This document shows, in pieces, positions 28,975-37,540 of a stretch of DNA of 54,070 nucleotides. Every line of letters begins with the position of its first letter. The first letter of the stretch is position 1. The stretch is from a virus (taxonomy: Duplodnaviria; Caudoviricetes): IMG/VR virus record IMGVR_UViG_3300013767_000067, positions 1-54,070 of that record. One strand, written 5' to 3'. Under the pieces are notes generated by a model, which did no database searches, was not told the DNA's origin, and saw nothing but the letters and a program-made list of their open reading frames with translations. A program made the position numbers and the translations under genes.

Positions 28975-29004
28975 AAAAAGCCCGAGGCGCTTGGCTCTCG
29001 GGCT
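28975..29004 (-). terminator. Probable tR'-like terminator at the start of the late operon
   Basis: AGCCCGAG...CTCGGGCT-TTTT just downstream of the Q-position gene. Confidence 0.6.
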
Positions 29005-29061
29005 TCTGTGCGATTGCGCTAAACGCAGCAAACCACACTATCAAAATCATGATAGGTAATT

Positions 29062-29577
29062 TCACGCAGCCAAGCAAGCACTCGCTCGACATTTTTCGTT
29101 CCGCCGGGTTCTGTGCCGCACCAGCGACAACAGCTGCACCTCCAGCACTGCCAATCCCCGGTCCATCAGCAGGGCGAACACGCCGAACGCCTCCTTCTTC
29201 CTCCGGGTCATCGTCGCCTCCGACAGATAGAACGTGTCGGCCATCTGCTTCTGGTCACGCTCCAGCACCTGATCGTTCGCCCATCCGCGCGCCAGCTCGC
29301 GCTTCAGTGCCGTAGGCCAGGGAGCCGGCAGGTGGTCGGCGATCTCGTTACACGCCTTGGTGCTGCCAGCACAGTAGGCGGTGATAGCGCACTGCTCGGC
29401 CCACGGCAGCCGGCTCACCTTCACCAGGATGTCGGCAGCCATGTCTTTCAGCTCGGCCGGCGACATTTGGCCGAACGACGGGCCGGTGCTCTCCCCGTAC
29501 TTGGCCGATTTCACCGGTACGGCCTCGCTCATCTGGAAGGCCCATGCGACAAGTGCTCGAATTGTGCTGAACTGCAT
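29062..29577 (-). CDS. Putative late-gene regulator (Q position) with C-terminal HTH
   Basis: Last early gene before late operon; QKQMADTFYLSEATMTRR HTH-like. Confidence 0.6.
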   Translation of the reverse strand: MQFSTIRALVAWAFQMSEAVPVKSAKYGESTGPSFGQMSPAELKDMAADILVKVSRLPWAEQCAITAYCAGSTKACNEIADHLPAPWPTALKRELARGWANDQVLERDQKQMADTFYLSEATMTRRKKEAFGVFALLMDRGLAVLEVQLLSLVRHRTRRNEKCRASACLAA

Positions 29578-29593
29578 TGCCCTCTCCCCCTCG

Positions 29594-30046
29594 TTACGCC
29601 GAAAACTCGGCGCCCTGGATCTCGATCACCACCATGCGAACACAAGGTGTGTCGCCGTATCGCTTGTTCTTGATGACTTCTACTGCCTGGACGTCATCTG
29701 CCCACACCACACCGTTCATTCCGTCGAAGATCGCCTTCTCGACGTTGTCGATGTCCGGTTTCTTGGTGGGGTACACGTTGCCGGCTAGCGCTGCGGCTTG
29801 CTTCTTCTTGGACCAGCTGGTCGGGATGGGCAGGATGATGTCCATGTACACCTTGGCTGGGCCAAGCATTGGCGGCCGGCCGAACATAGCCTGTTGCGCC
29901 GACAGTGCGACTAGCCCCTCGTAGCTGGCCGTTTTGGCCGGCGTGTAGAGCTGGGTCGTGCTACCGCGGCGAGCTACTCGCGGACGCCCCTTCCCGATCG
30001 GCGTACCCGGCACATCAAACGAGATCACGTATGGGTTGTCGCTCAT
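29594..30046 (-). CDS. rusA: RusA-family Holliday junction resolvase
   Basis: PIGKGRPR...KKPDIDNVEKAIFDGMNGVVWADDVQ. Confidence 0.9.
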   Translation of the reverse strand: MSDNPYVISFDVPGTPIGKGRPRVARRGSTTQLYTPAKTASYEGLVALSAQQAMFGRPPMLGPAKVYMDIILPIPTSWSKKKQAAALAGNVYPTKKPDIDNVEKAIFDGMNGVVWADDVQAVEVIKNKRYGDTPCVRMVVIEIQGAEFSA

Positions 30047-30423
30047 GCCGCCACCTTTACCAGTCCCTTGTTTATCAGCCGGCGCAGCGTGCGTGTCTGC
30101 GCGCGTCGCATGTACCACTGCCGGTCGGCCTCTTCCAGCTCAGAGCGCTGTGACATGCGACGGTCAATCCAGTCATGGCAGGCGCTGCAGCCGTAGGCGG
30201 CGCTCAGGTCGTCGCTCTTGCGGCCGGCGCCGTGCGACTCGTCAGGCAGGTGACACAGCACCGTAGTGGCCGTGTCATGGTTGCAGACGCCTGGAATCGC
30301 GAAAGTGCAGGCCTCGCCCTTGGCGCTGTCGCGGATCTTCTGGCTGGCGATGCGGCCCGACTCGCGCTTTCCGGTCCCGACAGTGCCGCCCGGGCGCGGG
30401 ACGATCTTCGATGGCGTTTTCAT
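30043..30423 (-). CDS. DUF1364 (YbcO-like) nuclease-fold protein
   Basis: SAKGEACT..IPGVCN...TVLCH...YGCSACHDWID. Confidence 0.8.
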   Translation of the reverse strand: MKTPSKIVPRPGGTVGTGKRESGRIASQKIRDSAKGEACTFAIPGVCNHDTATTVLCHLPDESHGAGRKSDDLSAAYGCSACHDWIDRRMSQRSELEEADRQWYMRRAQTRTLRRLINKGLVKVAA

Positions 30424-30893
30424 GCGTCGTACCTCAGTAGTTCTTCAACAATCTGGTCGACCTGATCAGGCGTCTCATAGCCCTTCGAGCGCAGCACGCG
30501 CTGCCACACGGCATCGAGGATCGACTTGTAGACCTGGGCAAATTCGTCATCGCCCATGTTGGCGAAGCTCAGGCTCTTGGCCGTCACACGTACCTCGCCC
30601 TTCAGGTTCACGTGGGCGACGTAGTGGCCGGCTAGCACCGTCAAATCCTTGCGGAACTGGTCGAAGTTCTTGGCCACCTTTTGCCCCTTGTATTCCAGCT
30701 CCGGCGCATCCCACAGGTCGAAGGCGAATGAGAACAGGCTGAATACCTTGCGATGGAACCGCGGGTTACGCTGACGCTTGAACTCGCCCTTGATGCCCTG
30801 TCCAGTCTTCAGCTTCTGAATGAACTCGGCAGCCTGGGCGTCGGCTGGCACCAGGGCGCCAGTCGGCGTTTTCATCAGCATCAGCTCACTCAT
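30420..30893 (-). CDS. DUF1367-like nin-region protein
   Basis: RNPRFHRKVF...FDQFRKDLTVLAGHY...AKSLSFANM. Confidence 0.8.
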   Translation of the reverse strand: MSELMLMKTPTGALVPADAQAAEFIQKLKTGQGIKGEFKRQRNPRFHRKVFSLFSFAFDLWDAPELEYKGQKVAKNFDQFRKDLTVLAGHYVAHVNLKGEVRVTAKSLSFANMGDDEFAQVYKSILDAVWQRVLRSKGYETPDQVDQIVEELLRYDA

Positions 30894-31207
30894 GCCGCCA
30901 CCCCAAACAGATCGCCCTGCTCTTCGTGATGCCCGGCCCCCTCACGCGCCACCTGGTAGGTCACGTTCCACTTGCCGCTGAACGGGTTCCGTCGCGCCTC
31001 AGACTTCGCGACCACGCCGGCTTTCTCCAGCTCATCCAAACGGCCGCAGGCGCTGGTGATTTCAATGCCGACTTCCTTGGCGATCTCGCGCCGGGTCAGC
31101 GGGCAACGAGCCGACCGGAGCACGGCCAACACACGCAGGCGCTGGCTGCTTGCGGTACCGTCGGCACTTATCGAGGCATAGGCATCGTTGCGGGTTGAAG
31201 AGGTCAT
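30890..31207 (-). CDS. Winged-helix DNA-binding protein
   Basis: LTRREIAKEVGIEITSACGRLDELEKAG. Confidence 0.7.
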   Translation of the reverse strand: MTSSTRNDAYASISADGTASSQRLRVLAVLRSARCPLTRREIAKEVGIEITSACGRLDELEKAGVVAKSEARRNPFSGKWNVTYQVAREGAGHHEEQGDLFGVAA

Positions 31208-31215
31208 GGCGTTCC

Positions 31216-32586
31216 TTACAGCCGCGAGCTAGCGCTCTGGCCCTTGGCGGGTTGCTGGTTGCGGGCTTCGTAGTACGCGCCGAAGTCAGCAGGCTTGAAG
31301 CGGTTGAACATACCTTCGAAGACAAGTGGGATGGTCTTGCAGGCACCCATACGGTTCTTCAGCACGATGGCCTCTGCCATGCCCTTCATAGGGCTGTCCG
31401 GGTTGTAGTAGTCATCGCGGTACATGCCGATCACGATGTCGCTGTCCTTCTCGATGCTGGAGGACTCGGACAGGTCGGCTAGGGTCGGCCGCTTGTCGGC
31501 GCGGGTGGTGACGGCGCGGGCCACTTGCACCAGCTGCACCACCGGGATGTCGAGCTCGCGCGCCAGTTGCTTCAGTCCGCGAGTGATGTCGGCAACCTCA
31601 AGGTGACGGGCATCGCGCCGACGGTCGGACTCCAGCAGGCCAATGTGATCGATCACGATCAGGCCAAGGTCACCGTATTTGCGCTGCAGCTGGCGCGAGC
31701 GCAGGCTGATCTGGTTCACAGTGCTGCTGTCGAGGTCGTATTCCATCAGGCTGTCCGCCATGCGGCTGGTTGCTGCAGCCAGCTTGTTCCAGTCCTCATC
31801 GCGCAGATTGCCGGTCTGCATAACCGACATTGGAATGCCGCCCAGGCTAGCGAAGTGACGGATCGCGATCTGACTCTCGCCCATCTCTCTGGTCACCACC
31901 AGCACGCGCTTGGTCTTGGCCACATGCTCGGCAATGTTGGTTCCGAACGTGGTCTTGCCCATGGCTGTAGCACCGGCAACGGTGATCAGCTCGCCACGCT
32001 TTAGGCCATAGGTCACGTCATCCAGATCGGCGAACGGCGTTGTCAGGCCAGGCAAGCTGTCTGGCTGGCTGAATCGCTCGTCGATCCAGTCGATACCGAT
32101 CTGAGCGATCTCAGTAGCGGTCATCAACCCCTTGGCGGTATCGGCCATCACCACGGTGTCTAGCTTGGATAGCGCGGCCCCCATGGCCTCGGCGTAGCTT
32201 TCGTGCCCATCCATCTCGGCTGCAGCGGCCAGCAGCGCCGAACGCAACTCACGGCGGCGGCCTTGGTCTACCAGAGCACGGACAGTGTGGGTCAAGCTCA
32301 TGGCGCCGCTGTTCTGGGCCATCTCGATCAGGTAGGTGCCGCGGTCGGCAGCCTCATCCGGGTTCAACGGAAACTCGTGGTCGAGCCAGTCGCGCACCGC
32401 GAACAGGTCGTGCGGCTTCGACTGCTTGGCCAGCGCCTGGACGGCAGCAAAGGCCTGTTGGTGTTCGGCCGCTGTGAACCACTCCGGCTTCAGTTCTGCC
32501 ACGGCTTCCGGCAGTTCTTGGCGTGACAGGATGTAGCCCAGCAGATCCTGCTCGCGGGCATGCAGTTGTTCGCGGCGGCTGATCAT
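31216..32586 (-). CDS. dnaB: Phage replicative helicase, DnaB family
   Basis: GATAMGKT, IVIDHIGL, RPTLADLSESSSIEKDSD, KNRMG. Confidence 0.93.
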   Translation of the reverse strand: MISRREQLHAREQDLLGYILSRQELPEAVAELKPEWFTAAEHQQAFAAVQALAKQSKPHDLFAVRDWLDHEFPLNPDEAADRGTYLIEMAQNSGAMSLTHTVRALVDQGRRRELRSALLAAAAEMDGHESYAEAMGAALSKLDTVVMADTAKGLMTATEIAQIGIDWIDERFSQPDSLPGLTTPFADLDDVTYGLKRGELITVAGATAMGKTTFGTNIAEHVAKTKRVLVVTREMGESQIAIRHFASLGGIPMSVMQTGNLRDEDWNKLAAATSRMADSLMEYDLDSSTVNQISLRSRQLQRKYGDLGLIVIDHIGLLESDRRRDARHLEVADITRGLKQLARELDIPVVQLVQVARAVTTRADKRPTLADLSESSSIEKDSDIVIGMYRDDYYNPDSPMKGMAEAIVLKNRMGACKTIPLVFEGMFNRFKPADFGAYYEARNQQPAKGQSASSRL

Positions 32587-33500
32587 TGCCCAACCTCGTT
32601 GTCGTAGTTGCCTTCGATGACCTTGGCGAAGTTAAGCTGCTTCATGAGCCAGTCGAACCCAGCTTTGAATACCTTCTCTCCGCGATGGCTATTGGTACGG
32701 CCGGACAGGAAGTCCGAAGCCTCTACCACCTGGAAGAACGCGGCCCACCACTCCAGCCCGGCTTGCACGTCTTGCGGCCCGTATCGGCCAAGCTCGACAC
32801 CGGCTTGCTTCCAGCGGGAGCGCAGTGCTTGCTTGCGCGAATCGGTCAACAGCTTGATGCGTGGCAGGCTCGGGCAGTGCTCGTGATACAGGTCGACCAG
32901 TACCTGCGGGTTGATGCTCTGCCTTACCTTCGGCTTGTCAGCAGTAGCCGGCTCGCCATTTTCGGCGGACTGGCCGTCGGCGCCAGCCGATGACGACACC
33001 TGAGCGTTAGCGAAGGTGTTAGGGGTTTCTGTCTGTTGTGAGTGTCTATTGTGGGGGGTGATTTCCCCCGAATGGCCGGGGTGATTCCCCCCGTTCGGGG
33101 TGATGTTCGTGGTGATTTCCCTCGTTTGCGTTTTGGCAGAGATGTCCCACTTCTCTACGTCCAGAACCGGCGTCAGGAACGTCCCGTTGGCGGTACGGCG
33201 GCCCTGGATAAGCATGCCGAAGTCCACAAGGGATCGAATCGCCTTGCGGATGTCGGACTCATCGATGTTCGTCATCACAGCAATCTGCGAATTGGCGATA
33301 CAGTCGGTTTGCTTGCCAAATCCACCGGTCTTGCGAAAGATTGCCCGGAATACTCGTTCCTGGTGACGCGTTAGCGGTGAGCACAGCAACGTGTCGTCCA
33401 CAGTATTCGGAATAGCCACAAAGCCGTCTTGCATGCGCTTCTTCCCTTCCGGTTGCACGTCGCGGCTCCGGAAGTCGTCCAGTTTGAGTACGGCGCTCAT
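32583..33500 (-). CDS. Replication initiator (lambda O-like)
   Basis: AIFRKTGGFGK..DCIANSQIA N-domain; internal iterons; FDWLMK..NFAKVIEGNY C-terminus. Confidence 0.85.
   Translation of the reverse strand: MSAVLKLDDFRSRDVQPEGKKRMQDGFVAIPNTVDDTLLCSPLTRHQERVFRAIFRKTGGFGKQTDCIANSQIAVMTNIDESDIRKAIRSLVDFGMLIQGRRTANGTFLTPVLDVEKWDISAKTQTREITTNITPNGGNHPGHSGEITPHNRHSQQTETPNTFANAQVSSSAGADGQSAENGEPATADKPKVRQSINPQVLVDLYHEHCPSLPRIKLLTDSRKQALRSRWKQAGVELGRYGPQDVQAGLEWWAAFFQVVEASDFLSGRTNSHRGEKVFKAGFDWLMKQLNFAKVIEGNYDNEVGQ
33053..33123. repeat. Probable origin iterons
   Basis: Four GGTGAT-containing units (e.g. GGGGTGATTTCCCCC, GGGGTGATTCCCCCC) inside the initiator gene. Confidence 0.7.
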
Positions 33501-33685
33501 ACCAACTCCCTCGCTAATTCGAGCTGGTCGACGTAATAGGCCGGCCGGCGAGACACCTCTCGCTTGAGAGCTTCTGCCCACAGAGCAGCGCGATCCTTGC
33601 GAAGGCGGTAGTAGGCCTCACGAATGCGCTGGCACAGCCGGCGGCAGCGCCATTCATGCTTGTGCGGATCGAAATTCTTTGTCAT
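33497..33685 (-). CDS. Hypothetical protein
   Basis: ATGA coupling to the initiator gene. Confidence 0.6.
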   Translation of the reverse strand: MTKNFDPHKHEWRCRRLCQRIREAYYRLRKDRAALWAEALKREVSRRPAYYVDQLELARELV

Positions 33686-33825
33686 GATTCCCTCAGCTGT
33701 TTTGAACCCCCGGAGCGCCTGCCAGCGCGTTGATGGGGGTTTTGCTTTTTCAGGCTACGGACTTGTTGGCCTTGTCCATACGTTGGAAGTCCAACACTTT
33801 CAGTGCGGAGCATTGGCCCGCCGCA

Positions 33826-34389
33826 TCACGCAGGCTTGCTGCGGCGTTCCATCTCATCGGCCATCACCCACAGCGCGGCAGCTGCAGTCATGGCTTCGAA
33901 GGCTTCTTGACGGAAGGCTTTCGGGCAACCGTCCCGGGCCAGCACATCACCGACCTCTGCAAGCTCGCGACTCGCGCGGGCGAATCGCTTCCAGGTGTCC
34001 TGCTCAACGTCGCTATCTGCCTGCGGCACGGCAACTGGCATCACGCCAAACCGCGCCATCACGGCAGTCATGCAGCCGTCGCGGTACTTGCCGCTCAGTG
34101 CGGCGAACCAGGCGTCGAATACATCCCACGGGATCCGGTGCTCGCCGGACAGCCAGCGAGAAACGTTCTTCGCGTTACTGCCCTTGATGCGGTAGTGGTC
34201 CTCGATCGCACCGTCACGTGGCACCTCCTTCAACGGCGCCGATCGGTTCTCTTCCGGAACCAAGCTCAGATACGACGACGCCAGGCGCTCTGCGAAGACC
34301 GAGGCGTGAATGTTGGTCTCCTCAATCTCGCGATTTGCCCACTCGATCAGGGTCTTGTCAGCAGACTGAAATCGTCCGAATGGCGACAT
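33826..34389 (-). CDS. CII-position regulatory protein
   Basis: Follows cro; KNVSRWLSGE HTH-like segment; AAGG RBS. Confidence 0.55.
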   Translation of the reverse strand: MSPFGRFQSADKTLIEWANREIEETNIHASVFAERLASSYLSLVPEENRSAPLKEVPRDGAIEDHYRIKGSNAKNVSRWLSGEHRIPWDVFDAWFAALSGKYRDGCMTAVMARFGVMPVAVPQADSDVEQDTWKRFARASRELAEVGDVLARDGCPKAFRQEAFEAMTAAAALWVMADEMERRSKPA

Positions 34390-34457
34390 GGTTTCCTTGC
34401 CTTTCCTGGCGTATCGTTGAATCGTGGTTAAGCGGTTGTTACAAACTGCAATCGTGG

Positions 34458-34664
34458 TCAGGCGGGTTCGCCGCGACGCTCTGCCAGGTCAATCCTTGCG
34501 AGCCGGGGATACTTCACAGAAAGCTGGTATGCGCTTCCATCTGGGATGTCGCCATCCTCGGGCCACTTAGAAACAGCGGCAGTTGAGATGCTTAGCGACT
34601 CCGCAATCCGAGCCTTCACGCCACGACCGCCACCAAAGAAATTGATTACGGTTCTGGTCTTCAT
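34458..34664 (-). CDS. cro: Cro-like repressor
   Basis: VINFFGG...IAESLSISTAAVSKWPE..IP..SAYQL; divergent from cI. Confidence 0.85.
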   Translation of the reverse strand: MKTRTVINFFGGGRGVKARIAESLSISTAAVSKWPEDGDIPDGSAYQLSVKYPRLARIDLAERRGEPA

Positions 34665-34670
34665 GCAGGA

Positions 34671-34734
34671 ATGATAACCATGGTTTCCATTGAATGCAAT
34701 CCTAGGTTTGCAATGTTTCCGCTAACCTTGGTTA
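34671..34734. promoter_or_regulatory. OR (three operators) and PR
   Basis: TAACCATGGTTT 34675, AATCCTAGGTTT 34698, TAACCTTGGTTA 34723; minus-strand TTGCAT-17-TATCAT. Confidence 0.75.
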
Positions 34735-34736
34735 AC

Positions 34737-35246
34737 ATGGGAACCCTACTTAGCGAACGCCTGCAGACAGCTCTAGATGAGCTAGAAGAGCGGACAGGCG
34801 AGAAACACACCAGAAACTGGCTGGCAGGTCAGGTCGGGATTTCACGCACGGCCATTTACAAATGGTTTGATGGCCGCACTCTTGGGCTTGAAGGTGAAAA
34901 CCTGATGAAGGCTTCGCGTGCACTTGGCGTGAACGCTGATTGGCTTGCGACTGGCCGAGGGCCAATGCGTGGGCACTCCTCGCCATCACAATTGCCCGAT
35001 GAACTTGAAGAGTTTATTCAGGAGCATCTGCTTCCGGTCTGGAAATCACGATCCATCACTAAAGAGTCTCTGCGCCTGCTGGGTGACTTCGTCAGCTCGC
35101 TGGCTGGATCCTCTCCAAAAAATATGTCCGGGACAGCTGACCAGGACAAGGAGATTCTGGACACTGGATCGCGACTTCTGGAACGCATGCAAGGCAAAGA
35201 TTCCGAACCCAATCAGGATAAGCCGTCCAAAAATGACCTGAATTGA
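34737..35246 (+). CDS. cI: CI-like repressor (XRE HTH) lacking a recognisable S24 peptidase domain
   Basis: LAGQVGISRTAIYKWFDG...ALGVNADWLATGRGPM; divergent from cro. Confidence 0.8.
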   Translation: MGTLLSERLQTALDELEERTGEKHTRNWLAGQVGISRTAIYKWFDGRTLGLEGENLMKASRALGVNADWLATGRGPMRGHSSPSQLPDELEEFIQEHLLPVWKSRSITKESLRLLGDFVSSLAGSSPKNMSGTADQDKEILDTGSRLLERMQGKDSEPNQDKPSKNDLN

Positions 35247-35295
35247 CCTGCGCGGTCATTCAGTCCTTTCCGCCTCCTCCGTAGGATTGGCGGCC

Positions 35296-35634
35296 ATGAC
35301 GGCTCATTCCATTCACGCCACCCGGCGGCAAAACCTCAAGGCACTGATTGCGGGCTATCCGCAGCAGTCCGATTTTGCCGCCGCGATCGAGCGTGACGAG
35401 GCGCTTGTATCCCGATATGCGCTTGGCGCCACCAATATCGGCAGCGTGATGGCGCGTCATATTGAGTCCTCTCTCGGGATGCCATCCGGCTGGATGGATC
35501 ACCCTCACCCCGCCTCCGAGCCCGGCCGCCTGGCTGCGGTCATGGAGGCCTTCATCGCCTCAAACCCCTCCCCCAAAGTCGCTGATACAATCGCCGCTCT
35601 ACTCGAAGCCTTGATCGAAGACCGACGCCCGTGA
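35296..35634 (+). CDS. XRE-type HTH protein
   Basis: RRQNLKALI...QSDFAAAI...NIGSVMARHIESSLGMPSGWMD. Confidence 0.75.
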   Translation: MTAHSIHATRRQNLKALIAGYPQQSDFAAAIERDEALVSRYALGATNIGSVMARHIESSLGMPSGWMDHPHPASEPGRLAAVMEAFIASNPSPKVADTIAALLEALIEDRRP

Positions 35635-36398
35635 TCCCGCTACTTGGGCCCGGCCATCACCGCTATGTGATTTCGCGCGTGGATGGCTTTTCCTCTTGCC
35701 TGCACCAGGCATCCATCGTCGATGACGATGGGCGAAGTCACGTTGCCTTCGTGAAGGCCTTCCCTAGCGGCAGCAAGGGCCTGGCCAATGAGGCATGTGG
35801 GTGGTTGTTGGCTCGCGCAGCAGGACTGCCTACTGCTGAGTCCGCCTGGATCCTGATTCTCCCCGTTGCGCTGCTGCGCGAGGCCTTTCCTGAACTGGTC
35901 TGGCCTGGCCGAGACGATGACTACCTGCCCACTTGGGCTACGTCGGCCGTCAGCCCTACGGCAGCCGAATGCGTTGTCACTGTGCAGGACCAAGACGTAT
36001 GGGCGGAACGACTGTTGGCATGGGGCCACCTCCATGACGCGGTAGCCATCAACGATCTGTTACACAACATCGATGCCAATGCTGGCAACCTGATCGCCAC
36101 TAGCCCTTCTGACTTTGCCATCGTCGACTTCGCGGAAATCCTTGGCGGACAAAACTGGACCGCAAAGTCGCTTCAGAAGCTGGGCTACCTCCACAACAAG
36201 CTGTGCCATTTGGCGTGGGGCAACCTCCCTTCGCCTCAGGATGCGCAGGCCATTGGCCAATCTACGCGCAAACTGGCTGCAGCGTGGCCGACAGTGCGTC
36301 ACGTTGTGGCGAACTGGTGGGATGAACTACTTGGCTCCCGTAAGGACATAGAGGCAGGGTTGGCGTTCATTGATTCGCGCGCCAACAATAACAATTGA
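35631..36398 (+). CDS. HipA-like kinase
   Basis: AFVK (Lys), LANE..GWLLA..AGLP, catalytic NIDANAGNL (DxxxxN), IVDF; GTGA coupling. Confidence 0.8.
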   Translation: MIPLLGPGHHRYVISRVDGFSSCLHQASIVDDDGRSHVAFVKAFPSGSKGLANEACGWLLARAAGLPTAESAWILILPVALLREAFPELVWPGRDDDYLPTWATSAVSPTAAECVVTVQDQDVWAERLLAWGHLHDAVAINDLLHNIDANAGNLIATSPSDFAIVDFAEILGGQNWTAKSLQKLGYLHNKLCHLAWGNLPSPQDAQAIGQSTRKLAAAWPTVRHVVANWWDELLGSRKDIEAGLAFIDSRANNNN

Positions 36399-36409
36399 AG
36401 GGAGAGGCG

Positions 36410-36886
36410 ATGAAGGGCGGCAAGGACATGGTGAGGTTGGCCGAACGACTGATGAAGGGGCTACCTCCAGAGCGCAACCGACAGCCGGCCATTGCCGGGG
36501 ATAGCTGGATGATCCACTGGCGGCCGGATGCGAGCCGCGGCGATCGGCTTTGCGTTGGAGTGGCATTCAGCCTAGATGGCGCGGTTACGGTGAAGCTGGT
36601 CGACGATGAAGACCTCGATCGGTTTTCTGCCTGGCTGAGTCCTGCACAGCGAGCACAGATCGGCACGCTGCTCGATGCGGTAGACCTTCGCCTGCGCAGC
36701 GGCAACCTGACGCCACCTATCGGCATCAGCTACGAGACTCCCAAAGAGGCACGGGGAAACAGCATTCCGGAAGTGATCGCGATGCTGTGGCGGTATGGGC
36801 CTGGGCTCATGGTGGCACCAAAGCCGGCCACTACCGGGCTGCCGGAACAGCCAATGGCGAAATCGCGCCGAAAGCAAAGCACATAA
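36410..36886 (+). CDS. DUF3037-like protein
   Basis: IHWRPDASRGDRLCVGV motif; directly downstream of the kinase. Confidence 0.6.
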   Translation: MKGGKDMVRLAERLMKGLPPERNRQPAIAGDSWMIHWRPDASRGDRLCVGVAFSLDGAVTVKLVDDEDLDRFSAWLSPAQRAQIGTLLDAVDLRLRSGNLTPPIGISYETPKEARGNSIPEVIAMLWRYGPGLMVAPKPATTGLPEQPMAKSRRKQST

Positions 36887-36909
36887 AAACCCGCCACTGG
36901 CGGGTTTCT
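36885..36909 (+). terminator. Intrinsic terminator closing the cI-kinase operon
   Basis: AAACCCGCC-ACT-GGCGGGTTT. Confidence 0.7.
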
Positions 36910-37240
36910 TCATTGTCTAGCGGTCTTCATCAGACCGGGCACTTAGAGGGGGCCATACGCCCTGCTCGCCTCGGCCGCGCTCGCTTTCTGACCCCTTCTG
37001 GCTTGGGTCGCACCCACGCCAGCCTTCGCTGCCAACCCACATTCAGTACCACTCTGCCATTCAACATCACATCCCGCCGACTGTTATTATGAAATGTAAC
37101 TAAATGTTACATGTTGTGTGGGCTCTTGGCATGCGGGGAACTACGTAGACGAGAGATGGCCGCGGCCACTGGGCAACAAAAAACCGCCGTGTGAAGATTG
37201 TGAGTTAGCTACACTGGTGAGATAGGCGGGAGGATTGACG

Positions 37241-37501
37241 ATGGAAGCTATCCGGATTATTGCGTTATTCGAGGGGCAAGCAGATTTGCTGGATCTCTCT
37301 GGCGATCAGTCCAAGACCGACGATGCGATTGCGCAGCTGGCCGCCTGGATGGAGTTGGCCGGAGAGAGGCTGACCGAGGATGACATGGTCGTGCTGGTGG
37401 GAATCGGGGCGGTGTTGTACCGGGATCGGCTCAACCAGCTGACGCGCGGCAAGCTGGCATCGATGGGGATCATCGTACCGCCTGGGCAGCACGGACTGTA
37501 G
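37241..37501 (+). CDS. Hypothetical protein
   Basis: GGAGG RBS; followed by terminator 37507-37532. Confidence 0.6.
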   Translation: MEAIRIIALFEGQADLLDLSGDQSKTDDAIAQLAAWMELAGERLTEDDMVVLVGIGAVLYRDRLNQLTRGKLASMGIIVPPGQHGL

Positions 37502-37540
37502 TGGGCAACAAAAAACCCGCCGAGGCGGGTTGGGTATTGG

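Noticed and set aside
33053-33123. Short repeats as a CRISPR-like array
   Set aside because: Inside the initiator gene with no spacers or cas genes; better explained as iterons
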